Part shown: in pieces, positions 19,149 to 28,010 of the stretch
How the letters are laid out: the number at the start of each line of letters is the position of its first letter
Numbering within the stretch: the stretch's first letter is position 1
From: an uncultured Chlorobiaceae bacterium
GTDB lineage: Bacteria; Bacteroidota; Ignavibacteria; UBA10030; SZUA-254
Length of the DNA stretch: 64,000 bases
Assembly (NCBI GenBank): GCA_964523395.1
Contig: CAZFXS010000008.1
Coordinates: 74,693-138,692, forward strand
Direction of reading: 5' to 3'
Program-made: the position numbers and the translations under genes
Notes under the pieces: model-generated
The model's database searches: none
What the model saw: only the letters and a program-made list of their open reading frames with translations
Told to the model about the DNA's origin: nothing

Positions 19149-21569
19149 CTACGGACGAAGTTCAAGTTTATCCCAGCTGCTTTTACGGATTTCATTCCAG
19201 TCGATTGTGACCGAAAGATATCCCCCGTTGCGCCACAACGGGACTTGGTCATCATAATGTTTCTGTAACGGTTGGCCAGACTGTCCCGACGTAATAACAG
19301 TTGCCGCTTCTAACGGATGTGAAAGATCAACAATCTGCCGCATCGACGGACCCACCGAAACCGAATATGGAAGAGTAAATTTATACTCGGTTTTCATTAA
19401 CGTTGTCCCGCCGCCTTGCACAGGAAACGGCCCGACATTAAAAATATTATCAAGCGGTTTACGTGAACCAAACGGATGCTTGAAAGTTACTGTGTGCATC
19501 GTGCCCCATTGCCATGTTTTCATTTCAGAACCGAAAGATTTCTTCAGTTCTTCAATCGCGTCGGCAAGACTTTTCCGCAGCATCTCATCCTTTGTCTCGA
19601 TGGCTTCCGTATGAATATTATCAAACCAGAGTGAATTTTCGGATGCCAGCAACGAACCCGTTACACGATACGGAATTGCGCCAAAAAACACAAAGTCTTT
19701 AAAAAGATCGGGGCCGAGCTCATCTTCGTAAATATTGGAGAGCAGTTTCACAAAAAATGAATTAAATATTGTTGTCGCAACATCATGTTGCGCGAAGCGG
19801 TAATCCCAATTCCGCAAATACGTAATCGCATCTGCCACCGGCTGTTCCTGTTCGGCGTTATCCCTGTATGCATTCAGCAAGACGGAAGTAATATCATGCG
19901 CATACGGAGAAGTTATATCCATCTGAAACTGACGGAAATCCTCCGGTGCAAATTTTTCGCTTGACTGAAGCAATTGCCGGATTCTTGTAATACGCGACGG
20001 CGGCTCCCACAGCGTTGATAAATAGTAGGGATACGATGCATCAGCAATCATCTGGTTCGAACAGGCAATAAATCCTTCAGGAGGATTTTTGAGATGCGGC
20101 AGTTTATCAAACGGTACAAACCCGTTCCACTCGTTATCTGCCGATGCATTTCGCTGGGGCAACATTGCGTTATAATTTCCACGAATGGGGACACGCCCTG
20201 CAGTCCAGTACGCAATATTTCCATCCACATCAGCGTAGACAACCGATTGCCCCGGAACGGTGAGCTCTTTTAATCCCCGCTCAAAATCCTTCGGCGTCGA
20301 AGCTTTATTCATGAGGGAAAAACCGTACAGTTCATCGCTGATGTCAAGCCCGGTCCAGCGCATAGCAACCGGAGAGCGGTGCTGAAGCGAGTCCTGATGT
20401 TTGTGACGGGGATGAACGTCGTTAATGACAGGGCCGTGCTTAGTAGATCGAGTCTGAATAACAACGCTGTCCGAGGATTTAATGTAAATTGTTTCTTCAC
20501 GAAGAGTAAATGGCTCTGAATTTCCATGATAAAGATAATGATTGTTCTTTGCCGTATCTTCCTGCTCTATATAGAAGTCCGCATCATCGAGCATTGCGTT
20601 GGTTAAGCCCCACGCAATCCGGTCGTTGTGGCCTATAACAACAACAGGCATTCCCGGCAGTGAGACACCGGCAACATTCCACCCCTGCGTTGAAAGGTGA
20701 AGAAGATACCATCGCGCCGGCGCCGGCATCGCAAGGTGAGGATCATTTGCCAGCATCGGTTTTCCTGTCAGCGACTTTGTGGAATCAACAGCCCAGGCGT
20801 TGCTTCCTGCCTCCAGTGAACCAAGATTGAACAAGCCGCGATATAATCTGACGGCATCCATAAACTCACGCGCATCTGCCGTTGATTTCGTTCCTTTTAT
20901 TGGCGGAACCGTGACAGCAATGGAATCAGGGACTGTGGGAATGATTTCACGAAGTAATTCCGGAGAAACCTTTTCGGCAATCTCACCGTACGTGAGATCG
21001 GTCCACCAGGCAAGATTCAGCTCCCATGCGATAAGTCTCCCAATGAGAATACTATGTTCCGGTTTCCATGGTTCGGGATTGTATTTCAGCATATCAAATT
21101 CAATCGGATACTTTCCCTGGTGTGTCGCAATAAATGCATTCACTCCTTCCGCATAATCCTCAAGCATCTGTTTTGATTCGGGATGCATATTCGCCTTAAT
21201 CGCAGTGCTGACTTCTTTTATTCCAATTGTACGGAACAGGATATCAATATCCAGCGTGGGCTCACCAAGAATTTCCGATAATCTGCCTTCTCCCGCCCGC
21301 CGCATCAGATCCATCTGCCAGAGGCGGTCCTGCGCATGCACGTATCCCGTTGCCAACATCAAATCATGAGTATCTTCCGCCTCAATATGCGGAACACCAT
21401 ACTCATCTCTGTAAATAGTAACCGGCGAGTGAAGTCCTGCGATGTTTACCGAACCGTTGTATTGCGGAAATGATTTTGTGACAAGGTGATAGAGAAAAAC
21501 CGAAACAGCGATCGCGATGATGAGAAGGGAAAAGCTAATACCAATGAAAGCTTTTGTAAATTTTGACAA
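19149..21569 (-). CDS. penicillin acylase family protein (peptidase S45, Ntn-hydrolase)
   Basis: 806 aa with an N-terminal TM/signal segment. Family conservation runs throughout, including a SNAW-type N-terminal nucleophile region (GSNAWAVD). Confidence 0.85.
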   Translation of the reverse strand: MSKFTKAFIGISFSLLIIAIAVSVFLYHLVTKSFPQYNGSVNIAGLHSPVTIYRDEYGVPHIEAEDTHDLMLATGYVHAQDRLWQMDLMRRAGEGRLSEILGEPTLDIDILFRTIGIKEVSTAIKANMHPESKQMLEDYAEGVNAFIATHQGKYPIEFDMLKYNPEPWKPEHSILIGRLIAWELNLAWWTDLTYGEIAEKVSPELLREIIPTVPDSIAVTVPPIKGTKSTADAREFMDAVRLYRGLFNLGSLEAGSNAWAVDSTKSLTGKPMLANDPHLAMPAPARWYLLHLSTQGWNVAGVSLPGMPVVVIGHNDRIAWGLTNAMLDDADFYIEQEDTAKNNHYLYHGNSEPFTLREETIYIKSSDSVVIQTRSTKHGPVINDVHPRHKHQDSLQHRSPVAMRWTGLDISDELYGFSLMNKASTPKDFERGLKELTVPGQSVVYADVDGNIAYWTAGRVPIRGNYNAMLPQRNASADNEWNGFVPFDKLPHLKNPPEGFIACSNQMIADASYPYYLSTLWEPPSRITRIRQLLQSSEKFAPEDFRQFQMDITSPYAHDITSVLLNAYRDNAEQEQPVADAITYLRNWDYRFAQHDVATTIFNSFFVKLLSNIYEDELGPDLFKDFVFFGAIPYRVTGSLLASENSLWFDNIHTEAIETKDEMLRKSLADAIEELKKSFGSEMKTWQWGTMHTVTFKHPFGSRKPLDNIFNVGPFPVQGGGTTLMKTEYKFTLPYSVSVGPSMRQIVDLSHPLEAATVITSGQSGQPLQKHYDDQVPLWRNGGYLSVTIDWNEIRKSSWDKLELRP

Positions 21570-21608
21570 AGATATTCTTCCTGGCGGTGTGGTCTGTCTG
21601 CTTAAATA

Positions 21609-21638
21609 AAAATCCCGTCACGGTGAATCGTGACGGGA
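21609..21638 (-). terminator. Rho-independent terminator-like hairpin downstream of the FadL-like gene
   Basis: TCCCGTCACG-gtgaat-CGTGACGGGA forms a 10-bp stem. On the minus strand it is followed by a T-tract (A-tract at 21605-21612 on plus). Confidence 0.55.
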
Positions 21639-21674
21639 CAATATACATCTTTGGTGTTATTCTTGCAAAAAGAC

Positions 21675-23108
21675 TTAGAAGCGGTAGGAAACTGTAGAAA
21701 TCAGATTATGTGTTTTGATGTTTTCCACTTTCGTGAATGTTCCGTCATAAATCTGGCGGAAGGTATCCCATGTGCCGTACGCATATCCGAGGTCAACGGC
21801 AACGGAATTTTCAATAAGGAAACCGATACCGCCCGTGATATACTTTTGCGCGAAGTCTGACGGATCGCCATCATACGGAGAGGGGAGATACGCGTACCCG
21901 CCGCGAAGACGTACATCGCTGTTCTGTATCGCGAACTCGGCACCGAACCGGAGGTTAACCGTCGGCCGGTATATTTCTTTTATATCGAGATTATAACTTA
22001 ACAACCGTGCGTTCGCGTTACGAAATTCCATTTGTGTCCAATCTGTATATTCGATATCGCCGGCGAGTGTAAGGTTTTCAATTCCAAAAGAAAGTCCGCC
22101 CGACAAGACATACGGCGTGGTAACATCGTACTCGTTTCCTGTTCCTGGATCACCGTCAACAGGATCATTCCTAACATCACCGTTATCAAACACACTTTGT
22201 GCATCAGATGAATATGTTTCCCGCACAGTTATCCACGAGGGTGTTTTTAACGCAAGACCGAGTTTTCCCTGAGGACTGAATTTATAGAGTAAACCAAATT
22301 TCGCTGTGAATCCGCTAAGGTCTGCATCAATAATATCCCGCACGGTAAGTTCTGAGAAATCAAAGGGAAACGCATTATACCGGTCTGCGAGATCCTGTTC
22401 CATGTATGTCCGGCTGTACGAATACGAGCCTGTGATAAAATTAAGAGTTACGCCGAGGTAAAGATTACGCGCAGCTTCTGCGGCACCAGAGAACGAAACG
22501 TAATTTAGTCCGCCGCCTTCAAGAAGTTTTCCGCTCTGCGTGAGGCTGTCTCTGATCGGACTGATAAATGTTCCGGCATTCGTATCTACGCGTGCAAGCT
22601 CAAGTGCTTCTGCGCGTGTAAGATCCGGAGGATACGGTTGACCATCCGGTGCCCAGACTTGGATAATGCTGCTCAGCGGATTAAATCCTTTGAATGAAAG
22701 TCCGCTCGTGTAATCAGCCTGCTTTCCGTAACCGATACCAAGAACAAGACTTCCCCGGGTCGCGGGAACAACATACGCAAGCCCGAAATTATTGAGACTT
22801 GTCGAGCTGTTGGTAAACGACTGGGAACTGTTCATGAAGGAACTATTATTATTGTGGGAAACGTGTGAAAGCCCAAACGACAGTTCGTTTAATTCAAGCT
22901 GAGCAAGGCCGGCGGGATTCCAGTACGATCCGGAAAAATCATTGGCAAGCGCTGTATAGGCTGTTCCCATTCCGAGGGAGCGGGCCCCGACTCCCAACCC
23001 AAGTGTTGAATACCTTAAGGCATCTTCGGGAAATTGCGCTGAAGTCAGAGAAGTTATTGCCAGAATTGTAATGAAGAGAAATGTTATTCGTGTCGCTATC
23101 GTTTTCAT
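21675..23108 (-). CDS. outer-membrane beta-barrel transport protein, FadL/OmpP1/TodX-like (PorV-like also possible)
   Basis: Signal peptide, an N-terminal hatch-like region (LGLGVGARSLGMGTAYTALAND...GSYWNPAGLAQ), a C-terminal aromatic beta-barrel terminus (VSYRF), and alternating beta-strand periodicity. Confidence 0.55.
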   Translation of the reverse strand: MKTIATRITFLFITILAITSLTSAQFPEDALRYSTLGLGVGARSLGMGTAYTALANDFSGSYWNPAGLAQLELNELSFGLSHVSHNNNSSFMNSSQSFTNSSTSLNNFGLAYVVPATRGSLVLGIGYGKQADYTSGLSFKGFNPLSSIIQVWAPDGQPYPPDLTRAEALELARVDTNAGTFISPIRDSLTQSGKLLEGGGLNYVSFSGAAEAARNLYLGVTLNFITGSYSYSRTYMEQDLADRYNAFPFDFSELTVRDIIDADLSGFTAKFGLLYKFSPQGKLGLALKTPSWITVRETYSSDAQSVFDNGDVRNDPVDGDPGTGNEYDVTTPYVLSGGLSFGIENLTLAGDIEYTDWTQMEFRNANARLLSYNLDIKEIYRPTVNLRFGAEFAIQNSDVRLRGGYAYLPSPYDGDPSDFAQKYITGGIGFLIENSVAVDLGYAYGTWDTFRQIYDGTFTKVENIKTHNLISTVSYRF

Positions 23109-23148
23109 AAATATTCATCAATAAATAATAGTTACAAGATCATACCTG

Positions 23149-24186
23149 TTACGGGCGCCCACCGCGTGTACTGCCGCCGCGGCTGGTTCCTGAATTTGAC
23201 GGCGTTGAACTGCCGCCGCGATTTGACGGAGCCGGCTGGTTTTGCGGTGCCGGCGGAGGTGTGTACGTTGGTGCTTTGTCGCGGGAAGAACCCGCGTCGC
23301 GCGTTCCCGAATCTTTTGTCGGTGGCGCGTACGTCGGCGGCGCTGAAGCTGACCTGTCGCCGCTGCTTCCCTGCTGTGTCGCGGAACCGCGCTGACGATA
23401 CACACGTGATGTGTTCGTGCGTGTTCCTGAACTGCGGGAACTGCCTTCACTTTTTCTTGCCGCGGATCCGCTGCGTGAAACTGTTCCGCGCGAGCTTCCG
23501 TTATCACGCGATCCGTTAATTACTGCCGGATCGGTATTCGCCCGCTGGGAAGAACTATTTGCGCCGCCGATGCGTGAACCTGTCGGAAGCGTTTGCCCGC
23601 TGACGTCAATTCTGTCAACGGAAGGATTGCGTGAACCGGCATCCATTGTCGATCTGTCGCCACGGGTAGTACCGATATCTCTTCCGCCGCGCTGAACCGG
23701 CTTTCCGTTGTACGTGTACCAATAGTTCGGATAGTATCCGTAATACGGATAATACGAAGAGTAATATCCTCCATAAGGGTAGTAACTGACATACGGACTA
23801 CCGCACCACCATGGGTCATAATAATTGTAGCTGTAATACCACGGATCGTATGCGCGGTAATAATGATACGCCCAGGGGTTCGCGTACTCTACCGCGAACG
23901 CGTATGAAGGCCAGTAGGTTGAAGGATAATAATAGGAAAAACCAACACGGGTCCGGTTTTCCCAATCCTGATCATCGTTTGTGTAATATCCGCCATCATC
24001 ATCGTCGTACTCCTGCTCATTTCCGTTGTACGATTCGTTGTCATCTTTCTCGTCATCAGCAGATGAATACTCCTGATTGCGCCGTTCATCTCTCGTAGCT
24101 CCAATCTGTGTATAACATCCGGAGAGGATTATTGATGCCACAATCAGAAGCGACATCAGAACGATAAGTTGTAGTTTCTGTTTCAT
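23149..24186 (-). CDS. low-complexity Tyr/Trp/Pro-rich lipoprotein (hypothetical)
   Basis: Lipobox (LSGC), then an acidic D/E-rich segment, then a roughly 90-aa region with about 40% Tyr plus Trp/Pro, then a long S/R/G/T-rich tail. No recognisable family hallmarks. Confidence 0.55.
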   Translation of the reverse strand: MKQKLQLIVLMSLLIVASIILSGCYTQIGATRDERRNQEYSSADDEKDDNESYNGNEQEYDDDDGGYYTNDDQDWENRTRVGFSYYYPSTYWPSYAFAVEYANPWAYHYYRAYDPWYYSYNYYDPWWCGSPYVSYYPYGGYYSSYYPYYGYYPNYWYTYNGKPVQRGGRDIGTTRGDRSTMDAGSRNPSVDRIDVSGQTLPTGSRIGGANSSSQRANTDPAVINGSRDNGSSRGTVSRSGSAARKSEGSSRSSGTRTNTSRVYRQRGSATQQGSSGDRSASAPPTYAPPTKDSGTRDAGSSRDKAPTYTPPPAPQNQPAPSNRGGSSTPSNSGTSRGGSTRGGRP

Positions 24187-24371
24187 ACGGGCCTGCACTT
24201 TCTTCTAAAATTTCCGCTCTTTTATTAGCAATACCAATGCCAACTCTTATAATTTTCCTACTCGAATTTAGGCATATATTAGCATGAAAACAAGACCCCT
24301 CGTGATATTAGAGGGCTAATGGTGTGTAATGATGTAGACAGGGGGGGTGTAAACGTTGGGATTTCAGCACA

Positions 24372-25154
24372 TTAGAGGGGTTGAATGAACTCGACGGTGA
24401 CCGTCCGGTTTCCCACAGATATGGTCTGTTGGTTGCGGAAAATGTCCTTCAAGTTTACTCCCATAGTTAATCCCGCCCCAAAGGAGGCACGAAGCCCAAC
24501 ATTTAAGTACCCTCTACCGCGACCCAGTGCATCACTGTTTGTATCATTGAGGGCAAGGTCATACTCAGCTATAGCTGAAACAATCGAGCCGATTGTTTTT
24601 TCGATTCCAACAAAAATATCCGGATCGGTATCATCATCGCCGCGTTCAAGGCTATAATTTATTCCGCCATGGAAACTAAGAAATCCCGCCGCATCATAAT
24701 TCTTGCTCGCCACAGCATACAATCCTCTTGATTTGATTGTGTAACGGTCCGGGTTGTTGAGGTATTCTTCTTTACCCTGACTGTCAAACCCAAGTGCAAT
24801 CGCAGGAAATGCGGTTGACTCTTCAATAATCCGTAACCTGATCGCAAAGCCGGGACTGTTATTCCACGATGGGCTTCCGGTTCCAATAATACCAACGCCT
24901 CCGTACGAAATTCCGGCAAGAAGCCGGTTAAACAATCCGATGTTCACTCCCATAAGAAGCCCACCCGATTGGTAGAAATCCAGATCGAGGGCAAGCGTGT
25001 TATTGGGAAGCATTCCGGCAGTGGGAAGATCTATAAGATACCGCGGTTCATAATTTGCCGAACCTCCTGCTGAACCTTGCGCCAACATACATTCCATGTA
25101 TAATAGACATGCCGCGGAAACTATTATCCTGCCGATAAGCCTTTTCGTATTCAT
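24372..25154 (-). CDS. hypothetical outer-membrane beta-barrel protein
   Basis: Signal peptide (MNTKRLIGRIIVSAACLL...), then amphipathic beta-strand periodicity and Gly/aromatic-rich strands. The start was chosen at the internal Met. Confidence 0.45.
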   Translation of the reverse strand: MNTKRLIGRIIVSAACLLYMECMLAQGSAGGSANYEPRYLIDLPTAGMLPNNTLALDLDFYQSGGLLMGVNIGLFNRLLAGISYGGVGIIGTGSPSWNNSPGFAIRLRIIEESTAFPAIALGFDSQGKEEYLNNPDRYTIKSRGLYAVASKNYDAAGFLSFHGGINYSLERGDDDTDPDIFVGIEKTIGSIVSAIAEYDLALNDTNSDALGRGRGYLNVGLRASFGAGLTMGVNLKDIFRNQQTISVGNRTVTVEFIQPL

Positions 25155-25267
25155 GGATATGAATATACGCAAATGATTCTTTTGCGGCAACGATGACATT
25201 ACATTGCATTTTTCTTCAAAAGAATCTACATTAAAATGAACTACCACAAGCATATTCTTCAGACCTT

Positions 25268-26779
25268 ATGAACCAACCCCTGACCATCGGTGAGTTACGA
25301 AAAAGCGGTTATCATGTTCACACCGTTAAAGATGAAATCCGGAATAACCTCATCGCGAAAATCAACCGAAAGGAAACGCTCTTTCCCGGCATCATTGGAT
25401 TCGGGAAAACAGTTATCCCTGCAATCATCAACGCGGTACTCGCCAAGCATGATATCATGTTATTGGGATTACGCGGGCAGGCAAAATCACGAATCGTCCG
25501 CCAGCTTCCTTCATTGCTGGATGAATATATTCCGATCATCAAAGGATGTGAGATTAATGATAACCCGTATCATCCCGTTTGCAAACGATGCACCGATTTA
25601 GTAAAAGAGAATGGAGACAATACTGAGATTGAGTGGCTTCACCGCGATGCAAGACTTGGTGAAAAATTAGCAACGCCTGACGTCACCATTGCCGATTTAA
25701 TCGGCGACATTGACCCGATCAAAGCCGCATCGCAACGGTTACACTATTCTCATGAAGGCGCGATTCACTTCGGCATCATTCCTCGTACAAACCGCGGCAT
25801 CTTCGCCATCAACGAACTTCCCGATCTTCAGCCTCGCATACAAGTAGGACTCTTTAATATCATGCAGGAAAAAGACATTCAGATCAGGGGATTCAATGTA
25901 CGGATCCCTCTCGATATCATGATTGTCTTCACCGCGAACCCCGAAGATTATACCAATCGCGGTAGCATTATCACTCCGCTCAAGGACCGGATAGATTCAC
26001 AAATCTTCACCCATTATCCGAAGACCATTGAAGACGCCATTCACATCACACAGCAGGAAGCGCATATTGAACGTGATGGAAAGGACATCATCATCCCCCA
26101 TTACTTCAAAGAGATTATAGAGCAGATTGCGTTCGAAGCGCGCAAGAGCGAGTTTGTTGATCAGAAATCGGGCGTCAGTGCGCGCATGACGATTGCCGCG
26201 CTGGAAAATCTCGTAAGCAACGCCGAACGCCGCGCGATTTTATTAGGCGACAGGCAAATTGTCCCCCGTGTTTGCGATCTGGCTTCCGTGCTTCCCGGAA
26301 TGACCGGTAAAATAGAGCTTGTATTTGAAGGAGAACAGGAAGGTCCGCTAAAAGTAGGAAAAGCATTGATCGGAAAAGCTGTGCGCGATGTCTTCAAAAA
26401 ATATTTTCCAGACCCGTTGCAGCGACGCCCTGTACGCGGACAATCACAGGAACAGCGCCAGCAACCCGAAGACACGGAGTATGGCAAAATTATTTCGTGG
26501 TTCGAATCGGGAAACAAAATTGAAATTTCTGATGATATGACCATCGATGAGTATATTCATGAGTTACAGAAAGTAAAGAACCTCTCCGATATTACAACAC
26601 GTCACATGAAAATCGCTTCCAACAATAAATATGAGCTTGCCTCTGCGATGGAATTTGTCCTGGACGGGCTGCACCAATTTTCAAAAATCGCAAAGGAGGA
26701 AGCCGAGCACCGCGTGGAATATAAAGACCTTGTGGGAAGTATTTTTACAGGAAGAGGGAAAGGGGAGGAAGATGATTGA
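25268..26779 (+). CDS. AAA+ ATPase, Mg-chelatase ChlI/MoxR-like
   Basis: ChlI-like N-terminal block FPGIIG...VLL.GLRGQAKS (degenerate Walker A) and a Walker B/sensor region (GIFAINELPDL...DIMIVFTANPED). It is paired with a downstream VWA protein. Confidence 0.65.
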   Translation: MNQPLTIGELRKSGYHVHTVKDEIRNNLIAKINRKETLFPGIIGFGKTVIPAIINAVLAKHDIMLLGLRGQAKSRIVRQLPSLLDEYIPIIKGCEINDNPYHPVCKRCTDLVKENGDNTEIEWLHRDARLGEKLATPDVTIADLIGDIDPIKAASQRLHYSHEGAIHFGIIPRTNRGIFAINELPDLQPRIQVGLFNIMQEKDIQIRGFNVRIPLDIMIVFTANPEDYTNRGSIITPLKDRIDSQIFTHYPKTIEDAIHITQQEAHIERDGKDIIIPHYFKEIIEQIAFEARKSEFVDQKSGVSARMTIAALENLVSNAERRAILLGDRQIVPRVCDLASVLPGMTGKIELVFEGEQEGPLKVGKALIGKAVRDVFKKYFPDPLQRRPVRGQSQEQRQQPEDTEYGKIISWFESGNKIEISDDMTIDEYIHELQKVKNLSDITTRHMKIASNNKYELASAMEFVLDGLHQFSKIAKEEAEHRVEYKDLVGSIFTGRGKGEEDD

Positions 26780-26785
26780 TAAAAT

Positions 26786-26829
26786 TGCGAATTTCGGATT
26801 GCGAATTTCGGATTTCATACAATTCGCAA
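26786..26829. promoter_or_regulatory. perfect 14-bp tandem repeat (TGCGAATTTCGGAT x2) plus inverted copy (AATTCGCAA) in the AAA-VWA spacer
   Basis: Read directly from the sequence. The palindromic arrangement TTGCGAATT...AATTCGCAA resembles an operator or attenuator. Confidence 0.35.
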
Positions 26830-26854
26830 TTCACAATCCTCAATTCGAAATCCC

Positions 26855-27955
26855 ATGAGATATATTTACCAAAAATGGACCCCGCAATCCCAGACTGATG
26901 AGCAACGACTCGAACAGTTGACGTCGTTGTTCAGCTATTTGCTTCTGCAAACAAACGGTGATGTTGAAGAGGCAATGGAATGGCTCCGCCAACTTGCCGA
27001 AGAGCATGGTATCTTCGATGAAAACCTGACGATGGATGATCTCATCGATAAATTGCGGGAAATGGGAATCATTGAGGAGATTAACGACACTCCGACATTA
27101 ACCACTAAAGGCCTTCAACGTATCCGCCAGGACGCACTGAAGGAAATTTTCACGTCACTTAAAAAAGGAGGCGTCGGTTCGCACGATACACCGCAAACAG
27201 GAACGGGCGTTGAGCGGTTAAGCGAAACAAAGAAGTGGGCACTCGGCGATGCGCCGACAAATATTGACCTCACATCAACTCTTACCAACGCGTTCAAACG
27301 CGGCGGCATCGATGAGTTCTCACTGAAAGAAGAAGACCTCGAAGTCTACGAAACCGAACATACCACTTCGTGCGCCACAATCCTGATGCTCGATATCAGC
27401 CACAGCATGATTCTGTACGGTGAGGACCGTATTACTCCGGCAAAACAGGTCGCACTTGCTCTTTCCGAACTTATCATGATGAAATACCCGAAAGATTATC
27501 TCGCCCTTGTTGTCTTCGGCAATGAAGCAAGTCTGATGAGTCTCAATGAATTACCTTTCCTTTCCGTAGGACCTTACCATACGAACACGCGAGCGGGATT
27601 ACAGTTGGCGCGGAATCTTTTAAGAAGAAAACGGACGGCAAACAAGCAGATATTCATGATCACCGACGGGAAACCTTCCGCGATGTTCGATGATAACGGG
27701 AGGTTGTACAAAAATTCCTTTGGACTTGACCCGCGAATAGTAAATAAAACACTCGATGAAGCGGTTGCCTGCCGTCGCGAGAAGATTACCATCAGCACAT
27801 TCATGGTCGCGCGCGACCCCTACCTGATTAACTTCGTGGAAGAGCTGACTAAAGCCAACCAAGGACGCGCGTATTATACCGGCTTACAAAATCTTGGTGA
27901 GTTTATTTTTGTGGATTACATCCGGAACAGAAGGAAGAAGTTTGGGACGATGTGA
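26855..27955 (+). CDS. VWA domain-containing protein (CoxE-like)
   Basis: The C-terminal half has MIDAS-type motifs (LDISHSM...T...ITDG). It is partnered with an AAA+ ATPase, as in the ChlI/ChlD, CoxD/CoxE and NorQ/NorD systems. Confidence 0.7.
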   Translation: MRYIYQKWTPQSQTDEQRLEQLTSLFSYLLLQTNGDVEEAMEWLRQLAEEHGIFDENLTMDDLIDKLREMGIIEEINDTPTLTTKGLQRIRQDALKEIFTSLKKGGVGSHDTPQTGTGVERLSETKKWALGDAPTNIDLTSTLTNAFKRGGIDEFSLKEEDLEVYETEHTTSCATILMLDISHSMILYGEDRITPAKQVALALSELIMMKYPKDYLALVVFGNEASLMSLNELPFLSVGPYHTNTRAGLQLARNLLRRKRTANKQIFMITDGKPSAMFDDNGRLYKNSFGLDPRIVNKTLDEAVACRREKITISTFMVARDPYLINFVEELTKANQGRAYYTGLQNLGEFIFVDYIRNRRKKFGTM

Positions 27956-28010
27956 AATGAATTATTATTTAACACTCTTATAAACACTATTTTAAAAGCG
28001 CTGTTTAGCC

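Noticed and set aside
23118-23507. 129-aa Arg-rich ORF on the same strand as the Tyr-rich lipoprotein gene, in an alternative frame.
   Set aside because: It overlaps the longer ORF, which has a clear lipobox and signal peptide. The Arg/Gln/His-rich translation is consistent with an off-frame reading of a low-complexity repeat region.
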